From IMG/VR virus record IMGVR_UViG_3300010882_000012: 64,000 bases of DNA. The stretch is one strand, 5' to 3'. How positions within the stretch are numbered: position 1 is the stretch's first letter; every line of letters starts with the position of its first letter. The notes below the pieces were generated by a model, which worked only from the letters and a program-made list of their open reading frames with translations, made no database searches and was not told the origin of the DNA. The DNA comes from a virus (lineage: Duplodnaviria; Caudoviricetes). A program made the position numbers and the translations under genes. This document shows positions 57,253-64,000 of this stretch, piece after piece.

Positions 57253-57744
57253 TTAAAATTTTTCTAAAATCTGCTTTTCTTTTAAAAAGATTTTTACCGA
57301 GTATTTTTTAGGTAGTTTGAAATCTTCAATATCAAATGGAATGTAATTACAATAAGTACTAATTTTCATCCAACAAGTATCTGAAACAAAAAATTCTACA
57401 GTACTTGCTTGTGGATCTTTGTAATAAAATTCTAATCTTTCCCATTTAGAACCGCATTCACCAAAGTACGTAACTACATTAACTTGTGGAGAATTATCTT
57501 TAAAGATATCAATTGGTAGTAAAAAATTCTTCTTACCATCTAATCGAATTGTAAAGAGGTAGGATGTATTGTTTGTTCCTTTTGTTTCAAAACTTGGTTT
57601 CTTAGATTGTGAAAGCCATTCAATTTTTTCATAGTGTACAATAGGAACTTCTAATTGATAAAGTCTTGGTGCACAACTTGAAAAGAAAAGTACTATTATT
57701 AAAAGTACAGAACTTCGTTTGCAAAAATTTTGTAATGATGTCAT
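57253..57744 (-). CDS. putative lipoprotein
   Basis: LFFSSC lipobox. Confidence 0.7.
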   Translation of the reverse strand: MTSLQNFCKRSSVLLIIVLFFSSCAPRLYQLEVPIVHYEKIEWLSQSKKPSFETKGTNNTSYLFTIRLDGKKNFLLPIDIFKDNSPQVNVVTYFGECGSKWERLEFYYKDPQASTVEFFVSDTCWMKISTYCNYIPFDIEDFKLPKKYSVKIFLKEKQILEKF

Positions 57745-57763
57745 TATTCTTTAATTTTTATTG

Positions 57764-58033
57764 TTAAACGTCTAATTTTAATTGTTTTAATTTTTCTTTT
57801 TGGTTTTTAAGGAATTGTAATTCTCCTTGTAATTTTGCAATAACTTTTTCCATTAACTTTACATCTCCAATACAGTCTGGTCTTTTCTTTAAACTAATAC
57901 CAGCATAAGAAAAAACATCATACCATTTTCCTTTTTCTGTTTGCCAAACTGTTTTAATCAATCCACACTTTGTACACTGAAATTGATTTCCGCCTAAACT
58001 ATACCATTTGTGAAATTTGCTACTATCTCTCAT
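57764..58033 (-). CDS. hypothetical protein
   Basis: HKW...CTKCG. Confidence 0.65.
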   Translation of the reverse strand: MRDSSKFHKWYSLGGNQFQCTKCGLIKTVWQTEKGKWYDVFSYAGISLKKRPDCIGDVKLMEKVIAKLQGELQFLKNQKEKLKQLKLDV

Positions 58034-58580
58034 AGTATCTTGCTATTGTAATTTGATTTGGTTCTATATTTATCAGTTCTTCGCCGGTAGTCATATGAAT
58101 TGATTTTGTTACCAAATATCGAATTCCTGTTGATAATTCTGTTACATTGTAAATTACACTATTCCAAGTTTTTTGTATAATTTCTGCTGGTCCTAACTTA
58201 ATTTCAGTCTGCCAATAGTATTCTTTAATTTTCTTCAATATTGTACCATAAATTTCAGGCTTCCAATACAACCAATCTTTTAAAGGTGAATGCCAATAAT
58301 CAAGATAATCATTAAAATTTTCGATTTGGCAATCTTTTTTCATAATACAATTGTAAACCGCTAACATCCTTTCAATAGTTTGGATATGATCTTCCTCTTC
58401 TTGACAATAACAGTATTGGAAGATATCATTAATTATATCAATAGTAACTAACTCTTTTGCTTTAATAGATTCTTTTTTTACTTTTGTAATAGAGGTTAAA
58501 AATCTAATTTTATCACTAACCGGACTCGCAAAACTAAAAGTAGTCCAAAGTAAAATAAGAAAAATTGTAAATCTCTTCAT
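58023..58580 (-). CDS. putative secreted protein
   Basis: Signal peptide ending SFA. Confidence 0.7.
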   Translation of the reverse strand: MKRFTIFLILLWTTFSFASPVSDKIRFLTSITKVKKESIKAKELVTIDIINDIFQYCYCQEEEDHIQTIERMLAVYNCIMKKDCQIENFNDYLDYWHSPLKDWLYWKPEIYGTILKKIKEYYWQTEIKLGPAEIIQKTWNSVIYNVTELSTGIRYLVTKSIHMTTGEELINIEPNQITIARYYER

Positions 58581-58700
58581 TTTTAATAGATTTTAATTAA
58601 TGTCCATAATAATAAAAGAGTAAAACACAATAAAATAGTACCACTAAAAACTTCTCTCATAGTAACTCTTGGTTTAAAAACTCTATCGTATGGTTTCATT

Positions 58701-59660
58701 TTAAAAAATTTGAATAATGTTTGGTTTTCTACAAAGTCTGTTTTGATTTGATTTATCAAAACCATAATTTAAATTCATTCCTAAAATATCAAGTTCTTTA
58801 TCTGTATACTTATCCCAATCTTTAAATGAATTGGTAAAAGTAACTTCGTTGTAATTCCACAAAAGATTGTAGACTCCACCTTCTTGAATCATATGAGAAA
58901 CAATAATAGCTTTTGATTTAACACCAAGTTCATCAAGCTTTTCGGCAAGCTTTACAAAAGTACCTCCTAAATCACAAAGATCATCTACTACAAGTACATC
59001 TCTATTTTTTAAATCAATGTTAGTATTGACCTGTTTTAAAACAATTTTTTGTTGTGAACATTTTTCTGCTACTTGTATTATAATTCTTTCCTTTTCAAAA
59101 CAAACAATTTCTGGATTTAAAACTTTGTGTCCAATATCTTCTTTAAAATTATCTGCTGCACCTTTATCAGGAAAAACTAGCACCTTTTTATCAGTTGTAA
59201 TGGACTTTAAAAGTTTAGACAAACCTTTACCTCCATTTGCCTCAATAACTCCACAGTAACCAAAATATGGCAAAATATTGTCAAATTTTACAGGTACTTC
59301 CAAGTTGTCTAAAAGAGACTCTTTATTATGAGGTGTAAAAATTCGTACTAATCTTGGTTCTAATTCATTAATAGCTCTACAAATGATTTTCAAATTAAAT
59401 GCTGCATTGAAATTAAAAACTCTGTCATTTCTCATACACATGAGATATGGAAAGTAAATCTCTTCTATTACAACCTCTTGACGACGTAAAATATCACCAA
59501 CTTGTTCCATCAAAAATCTATCTTCCGGTGTAACCAACCTCATAATAATTTTCGCGCGATGTTTGCGATTTAAATCTTTAAGTTCAACTTGGATATCACC
59601 ATCGGGAAATCGGTGAATTTTTTTAATCCCTTGTCCTGTAATAAAGTTTATTGTATTCAT
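58701..59660 (-). CDS. PRPP synthetase-like protein (Adps/NARP1-type candidate)
   Basis: FPDGD, PYL...RNDRVF, PH, FPDKGA, VVDDLCDLGGTF. Confidence 0.88.
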   Translation of the reverse strand: MNTINFITGQGIKKIHRFPDGDIQVELKDLNRKHRAKIIMRLVTPEDRFLMEQVGDILRRQEVVIEEIYFPYLMCMRNDRVFNFNAAFNLKIICRAINELEPRLVRIFTPHNKESLLDNLEVPVKFDNILPYFGYCGVIEANGGKGLSKLLKSITTDKKVLVFPDKGAADNFKEDIGHKVLNPEIVCFEKERIIIQVAEKCSQQKIVLKQVNTNIDLKNRDVLVVDDLCDLGGTFVKLAEKLDELGVKSKAIIVSHMIQEGGVYNLLWNYNEVTFTNSFKDWDKYTDKELDILGMNLNYGFDKSNQNRLCRKPNIIQIF

Positions 59661-59671
59661 ATCATTAATTT

Positions 59672-60022
59672 TTAGTATGCTGGATTTAAAACTTCAATCC
59701 AAATAGTTGGATCATTTTCTTCTACTCTATCTTTGTGTTCTAATCTGAATTTTGTAATGAATCGTTGATCTTGATTTTCTTCCCAATCTTCAATTTTAAA
59801 TTTTTCAAATTCTGAAAAATTTAATGGATCAGTTTTAATTTTTTTAACAATCTTTTCATCATAAAGAATTGTTACAATAATCAAATCTCCCCACATGGAA
59901 TTTCTAAATTCAAGCAAATGAAAATGAGTAACTAAAGCACCAATTTTCTGTGCGATAAATTCCAAATGCTTTAAAGTTGATTGCCAATTTAATGGGCTTT
60001 GTGGTCCAGATTTCATTTCCAT
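59672..60022 (-). CDS. hypothetical protein
   Basis: Tiled ORF. Confidence 0.65.
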   Translation of the reverse strand: MEMKSGPQSPLNWQSTLKHLEFIAQKIGALVTHFHLLEFRNSMWGDLIIVTILYDEKIVKKIKTDPLNFSEFEKFKIEDWEENQDQRFITKFRLEHKDRVEENDPTIWIEVLNPAY

Positions 60023-60293
60023 AATTAATAGTTATTGCATTTTTACAATTTGGTTTGTGTGCAGGTCCACCTTGTCCAGAATTACCACTGTAATTACTAA
60101 CAAAGATGTACTCATGTCCTTCATAAGTGAATTCTCGTATTTTAAGATTATCACCATTAGAATCTTGCACTATTATAATACTTTGTTTTCCATTTCCTGT
60201 TTGTGAATTCATGCAACATGCAAAAAGAATTAAAGCAAGGAAAATTCCAATAAACCAAGGTAGAATTTTAAAAATAATTGAAAAAGTTCTCAT
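59910..60293 (-). CDS. putative lipoprotein
   Basis: LFAC; FTYEGHEYI...HKPNC. Confidence 0.65.
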   Translation of the reverse strand: MRTFSIIFKILPWFIGIFLALILFACCMNSQTGNGKQSIIIVQDSNGDNLKIREFTYEGHEYIFVSNYSGNSGQGGPAHKPNCKNAITINYGNEIWTTKPIKLAINFKAFGIYRTENWCFSYSFSFA

Positions 60294-60307
60294 AGTAATT
60301 TTAATTT

Positions 60308-60670
60308 TTAATTATCTTCTATTTCAGAAACAATAATTTCAAGTTTAATATTTTGTTGCTTTAAAGCTGCTTCTGTAAATTCTTGCCATCCTTCCATTAT
60401 TTTAATTTTCTTTTCCAACTTCATTACTTTTTTAGTTAATTCATGATTTGAATCATGATTTGCAATTATAATTAATTTCAAATTTGCAAGATCAAAAATT
60501 AAAACTACAAATAGTGCTACCATTAAAGCAATAGCTCCTACAAAAGTAAAACCTATTGTGAAAGCATGAAAAAGTGCTTGGTCAAATGGAAATGAAACAC
60601 AAGCCATAATAAAACAAAAAGAAGCGAATAATATCCATCTTCCTGCTCTTGATTTAAAAAGTTCTTTCAT
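60308..60670 (-). CDS. membrane protein with coiled coil
   Basis: Two TM helices. Confidence 0.7.
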   Translation of the reverse strand: MKELFKSRAGRWILFASFCFIMACVSFPFDQALFHAFTIGFTFVGAIALMVALFVVLIFDLANLKLIIIANHDSNHELTKKVMKLEKKIKIMEGWQEFTEAALKQQNIKLEIIVSEIEDN

Positions 60671-60688
60671 TATTTTAAATTTTTTTGA

Positions 60689-60871
60689 TTAATTTTCTTT
60701 AACATCTAACTGAATTATTTTGCTACTCCAGCCAATATCTGCAATTCCTATTACATTATAAGTAGTGTAAATTGGCCATGCTAATTTTTCATTATCTTCT
60801 CTGAGAGTCACTAAATTAACTTCAAAATCAGGATGTTTCATTAAAAGTTCTGCTAATTTTTTTGCTTTCAT
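60689..60871 (-). CDS. small phage protein
   Basis: MKAKKLAELLMKHPDFEV. Confidence 0.7.
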   Translation of the reverse strand: MKAKKLAELLMKHPDFEVNLVTLREDNEKLAWPIYTTYNVIGIADIGWSSKIIQLDVKEN

Positions 60872-61073
60872 TTTGTTAGTATTCGTAATCTTTGTATTGC
60901 TTTATAGTAGTCAATGGATCTCTAGAACGACGAATGAGACGAATTCTTTGTCTCTTAGCTTCTTTTTTAAATCTTTGTCTTCCTTTTGTTTCAGCACTGC
61001 CTAACTTTTGTGCAAGACCTGTTTCAATTTTTCTTGATGTGTTCGCCATTTTAAATGGTAATTTTAAGATTGT

Positions 61074-61143
61074 GAAAATACTAAAAATTTCAATACCAAA
61101 TTATTCTAAAAAGAAAAAGTTACTAACAATTTTAGTCAGCAAC
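61074..61143 (-). promoter_or_regulatory. Class-1 promoter with weak hairpin extension
   Basis: Motif 61114-61130. Confidence 0.75.
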
Positions 61144-61178
61144 TTTCTCTAATTAAAAATTCAAAGTATGAAAAATCA

Positions 61179-61658
61179 TCAAATTTCAATAGGTTTAAAC
61201 GGATTATTGTCTAATTCAAGAGGAACCATTACAAAATTGGTAGGTTTAAATGCTTCATCAAGGTTAACTTCTTCAATTACAGACTTTTGTGCTTGTTCTT
61301 CAGTGTACTTTTGATATGAAGATTTTGTTTTTACTTGATGTTGTGTTTTCGACAAAGACTGTTTTATCACTTTAAGTTCCTCATCAATTTTGCTGTTTTT
61401 CTCTAATTTTTCAGTTTTTTGTTGTTTTATCGGTTTTTGGTTACCAGAAATTTGAAATGGTTTAAAAAAGACATCTTGCTCATCATCTCTATTATCACTA
61501 CTACACGCAATTTTTTGACACTCTTCTCGAGTACAATCTTTGAAGATACAGATTTCACAAACTTTTTCTCCACCATTATTAGAGATATCAGTTACTATTG
61601 CATCTCCAAATTGAGTGCTTACTATTTCATCAATTTCAGAATTATAATACTTCTTCAT
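61179..61658 (-). CDS. Cys-rich RxDxxxVxF family paralog
   Basis: CEICIF...CQKIACSSDNRDDEQDVFF. Confidence 0.75.
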   Translation of the reverse strand: MKKYYNSEIDEIVSTQFGDAIVTDISNNGGEKVCEICIFKDCTREECQKIACSSDNRDDEQDVFFKPFQISGNQKPIKQQKTEKLEKNSKIDEELKVIKQSLSKTQHQVKTKSSYQKYTEEQAQKSVIEEVNLDEAFKPTNFVMVPLELDNNPFKPIEI

Positions 61659-61689
61659 TATTGTAGATTTTAAAAGGTTAATTTTTAGT

Positions 61690-61715
61690 TATTATTGCAA
61701 ACTTTCAAAAAGTTT
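61690..61715 (-). promoter_or_regulatory. Class-2 motif
   Basis: AAACTTTTT-N11-ATAATA. Confidence 0.5.
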
Positions 61716-61720
61716 TGATT

Positions 61721-62215
61721 TTAAGGAAAATGCATGACTTTCGGTTGACTTTTTAGACAATGAGTTTCACCAAACCATTTTTTAGCCTCTTCAATTTTAT
61801 TGTACTTAAACAATTCTCTAACAAAAGAAGATGAACAAATCGCATGTTCTGGTTTTGCTAAAAGAAAAACAGTCTCAATATCTCCTAATAATTTGTTGAT
61901 ATGGGCGAGGTCTTTCTCGTATTGAAAATCAACAGAATTTCTAAGACCTCGTACAACTACAAAATCTTTAGTTTCTAAAGTTTTGCAAAAATCTACTGTT
62001 AAAAGATCTGATGTTTTTACTGTTACTCTTCCATCATATTGAAAACATGTTTCAATTGATTTAATTCGATCATCTAAATTAAAGTATGATTTTTTTGAAC
62101 TATTAATAGCAATCAAAATGATAACTCTATCAAAAAGTTGCAAAGAACGTTCAACAATATCATAATGACCTATTGTAAAAGGATCAAAAGATCCTGGGAA
62201 TACAGCAATTTTCAT
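61721..62215 (-). CDS. coaD: phosphopantetheine adenylyltransferase
   Basis: AVFPGSFDPFTIGH, VRGLR...DFQYE, SSSFVRE. Confidence 0.92.
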   Translation of the reverse strand: MKIAVFPGSFDPFTIGHYDIVERSLQLFDRVIILIAINSSKKSYFNLDDRIKSIETCFQYDGRVTVKTSDLLTVDFCKTLETKDFVVVRGLRNSVDFQYEKDLAHINKLLGDIETVFLLAKPEHAICSSSFVRELFKYNKIEEAKKWFGETHCLKSQPKVMHFP

Positions 62216-62226
62216 TTTTTACAATT

Positions 62227-62796
62227 TTAAAACCAACCAACTTGATCTTTACCAAATTCTAAGAGGATACATCTTGGACAACCTAATGGATCTTGAAAAC
62301 TGTAATTTTCAAAAAATCTTACGTTAACTATATTGAAAACATTTCCATTATTATCAGCAAAAAGTACCGGAATTTCTTCATCTGATTTGTCAATACTAAC
62401 TTGGTATCTTAAAATGTTAAGTAATTCCATTAATCTGAATTCATCAGTTTCAAAAGCTGAAATTTCATCCGGAGTTTTTTCTGAGAAAGAACCGATTGAT
62501 TTTTCGCCTTGTACTATGAAAGCACACAATGGCATAGGTGGATTATCTATGCTAATGTGTTCTTCTTCTTCAGTAAAATAATAGCTAAAATCAAATTCTC
62601 TAAGAATTAAAGCATCAGTAGCAATTGTTGTATTACCGGCATCTAAATTTTTAAAAACTCCCGTTTTTGTAGCTTTTTTATCCCATTCACCAAGCCGGAT
62701 AACTAAATTATCATTCCATTTTTCATGCAAAAGTTCTAAGTTCTTTATCAAGACTTTAACTTTCATTCCCCAAGGTTCTTTTTGATTTTGTTCCAT
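62227..62796 (-). CDS. hypothetical protein
   Basis: Tiled ORF. Confidence 0.75.
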   Translation of the reverse strand: MEQNQKEPWGMKVKVLIKNLELLHEKWNDNLVIRLGEWDKKATKTGVFKNLDAGNTTIATDALILREFDFSYYFTEEEEHISIDNPPMPLCAFIVQGEKSIGSFSEKTPDEISAFETDEFRLMELLNILRYQVSIDKSDEEIPVLFADNNGNVFNIVNVRFFENYSFQDPLGCPRCILLEFGKDQVGWF

Positions 62797-62800
62797 AATA

Positions 62801-63082
62801 CTATTGATTTTGATTTTGTTTGCGAATTTGAAAAAGACGTTTAAATAATGGTAAAGTTGCCATCATTTTTTCAGGATAACCATCACAAAATTCTCCATTT
62901 TCATTAATAGGGAATGCCCTGGTATCAATTTCTTCTGTTGCATAATAGCCAATACTTTTAGTTTCAGCTATCTGGCACTGAAAATCCATTAATTCAAGTT
63001 CATTAAATTCTCCAACATATCCTTCACCATCAAGCCAAATGTGAACTTTTGGTTGTACAATTGTGTTTTTAGTAGGTTTCAT
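62801..63082 (-). CDS. VHxW...DFxxQI family paralog
   Basis: VHIWLDGEGYVGEFNELELMDFQCQI. Confidence 0.75.
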   Translation of the reverse strand: MKPTKNTIVQPKVHIWLDGEGYVGEFNELELMDFQCQIAETKSIGYYATEEIDTRAFPINENGEFCDGYPEKMMATLPLFKRLFQIRKQNQNQ

Positions 63083-63100
63083 GTCTCTTTAATTTTAAGC

Positions 63101-63169
63101 AAAAATAATGAAAATAATGATATGATGAAATTTAAAATGAAAAAAGTTACTAACAATTCATGTAGTAAC
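63101..63169 (-). promoter_or_regulatory. Class-1 promoter with hairpin extension
   Basis: Motif 63141-63157. Confidence 0.78.
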
Positions 63170-63198
63170 TCTTTACACTGATATGCAAGGGATTAAAA

Positions 63199-63579
63199 TT
63201 ATCTAGGAAAACCGATTCCTCTTTCGGTTATTTTAACAGAATGTTGACAATCACCAAAAAAGTTTTTTACGAATTCAATGATGTGTTCACACTCAAAAGG
63301 TTTGCAACTAAAAATGTCAATAAAACACCAGCCCTTCTCTTCAAAACTGTGAATTGACAAATGACTTTCAGCAATAATAGCAATACCGGTAATTCCCTTA
63401 TCTTCCGGAACTAATCCTTCATAAGGAAAAACATATGGTTGCGTTATTGGTGTCATTCCTATTAACTCGGGTAATGCTTTAAGGAATTTAAAGTGTAGTT
63501 CGTAATTAGAAAGTAATTCTTTCTTCACATCCCAAAGATCAATTGTGATGTGTGGGCCAAAAACTTCTTGATTCATCAT
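63199..63579 (-). CDS. speD: S-adenosylmethionine decarboxylase proenzyme (start may be 63609)
   Basis: GPHITIDL, GITG..IIAESHLSIHSF (E/S autocleavage), DIFSC, RG. Confidence 0.88.
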   Translation of the reverse strand: MMNQEVFGPHITIDLWDVKKELLSNYELHFKFLKALPELIGMTPITQPYVFPYEGLVPEDKGITGIAIIAESHLSIHSFEEKGWCFIDIFSCKPFECEHIIEFVKNFFGDCQHSVKITERGIGFPR

Positions 63580-63625
63580 CTTCCATACAAAATTCTTTTT
63601 AGTAGGCAAATTGGCGCCTGTTTTA

Positions 63626-63695
63626 ACTATCTATTCCAGTTTTCTGAAAACTTTTTGTTGAAAAAAGTTAGACTGAAAATCCTGGAATAAATAGT
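63626..63695. promoter_or_regulatory. divergent pair of class-3 (late-like) promoters
   Basis: CTGGAATAGATAGT on minus 63626-63639; CTGGAATAAATAGT on plus 63682-63695. Confidence 0.6.
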
Positions 63696-63713
63696 GAAAG
63701 ATATTGGACGACG

Positions 63714-64000
63714 TTGGCAAATTCACCTACTGATTTATTGGCAAAAATTCTTAATGTTGTAATCCAAACGGAAAGACATGTTACAGAATTGAACAAGAAA
63801 ATGGATGATAAAAAATCTGTTGATGTTAATGCTATTGTAGAAGGTAGTATGAACCAAAAGAAAAAAGAACAGTCAGGATTAGATACTAAGAGTATTGAGA
63901 AAAAATTGGACGGAATAATTTCCAGCATCAACAAGGGTGTAACGTTAATTTTAGATTCAAAACAAAAATCAGCGCCTACCGGCGCGCCAGTCCAACCAAA
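63714..64000 (+). CDS. 5' part of plus-strand gene running off the window (TTG start inferred)
   Basis: Open frame MANSPTDLLAKILNVVIQTERHVTELNKKMDD..., downstream of class-3 motif. Confidence 0.7.
   Translation, partial: MANSPTDLLAKILNVVIQTERHVTELNKKMDDKKSVDVNAIVEGSMNQKKKEQSGLDTKSIEKKLDGIISSINKGVTLILDSKQKSAPTGAPVQP

Larger units (their letters stand above)
1..64000 (-). other. Large bacteriophage genome segment (accessory/early gene region), probable Bacteroidota host
   Basis: Dense co-oriented small ORFs with overlapping stop/start codons, repeated phage promoter motif, auxiliary metabolic genes, T4 gp4-like homolog, T9SS CTD protein. Confidence 0.88.

Noticed and set aside
61721-62215. 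NadD/NMNAT assignment
   Set aside because: RGLR...DFxYE and SSS motifs are CoaD-specific
8081-62581. Plus-strand ORFs in the track (e.g. 20992..21423, 21843..22037, 23286..23606)
   Set aside because: Antisense shadows of minus-strand genes or ncRNA candidates, with no leaders or recognisable motifs
1021-63157. Repeated 17-mer as CRISPR array or integron-like att sites
   Set aside because: Copies are hundreds to thousands of bp apart, sit at fixed distance from a -7-like box and before gene starts; no cas or integrase seen
63668-63934. Minus-strand 88-aa ORF
   Set aside because: Shadow of the plus-strand frame starting at 63714
1-64000. Stop-codon reassignment
   Set aside because: Genes tile densely under code 11 and TAG, TGA and TAA all end well-formed genes; the few internal stops are of mixed type

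Overview
AT-rich segment of a large (probably jumbo) tailed-phage genome, most likely infecting a Bacteroidota host (T9SS-sorted protein, DUF2693/WYL_2-like protein, TAnnTTTG-like -7 boxes, A-rich leaders without SD). About 140 mostly small genes are tiled almost entirely on the minus strand. No capsid, replication, tRNA, rRNA or CRISPR genes were seen. Recognisable enzymes: an operon of NAMPT-family phosphoribosyltransferase + NadE + PncA, a distant PRPP-synthetase-like protein, a WGR-PARP, CoaD, CoaE, SpeD, a lysozyme-like protein and a stand-alone SerRS N-terminal arm. Highlights: (1) a candidate deamidating NAD+ reconstitution route, since the NAMPT-family enzyme has Ala at the nicotinamide-selecting Asp219 position and sits with pncA and nadE; (2) a 21-copy fixed-spacing promoter motif that often doubles as a terminator, plus two further promoter-like motif classes; (3) 3' tails complementary to the 5' leader of the same transcription unit, and a stand-alone ~85-nt anti-leader sRNA; (4) two adjacent GC-rich structured ncRNA candidates sharing a 16-nt pseudoknot motif; (5) a 9-member Met-Cys-start paralog family with ADP-ribosyltransferase-like motif order. 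All family assignments come from motif recognition by eye; no searches were run.
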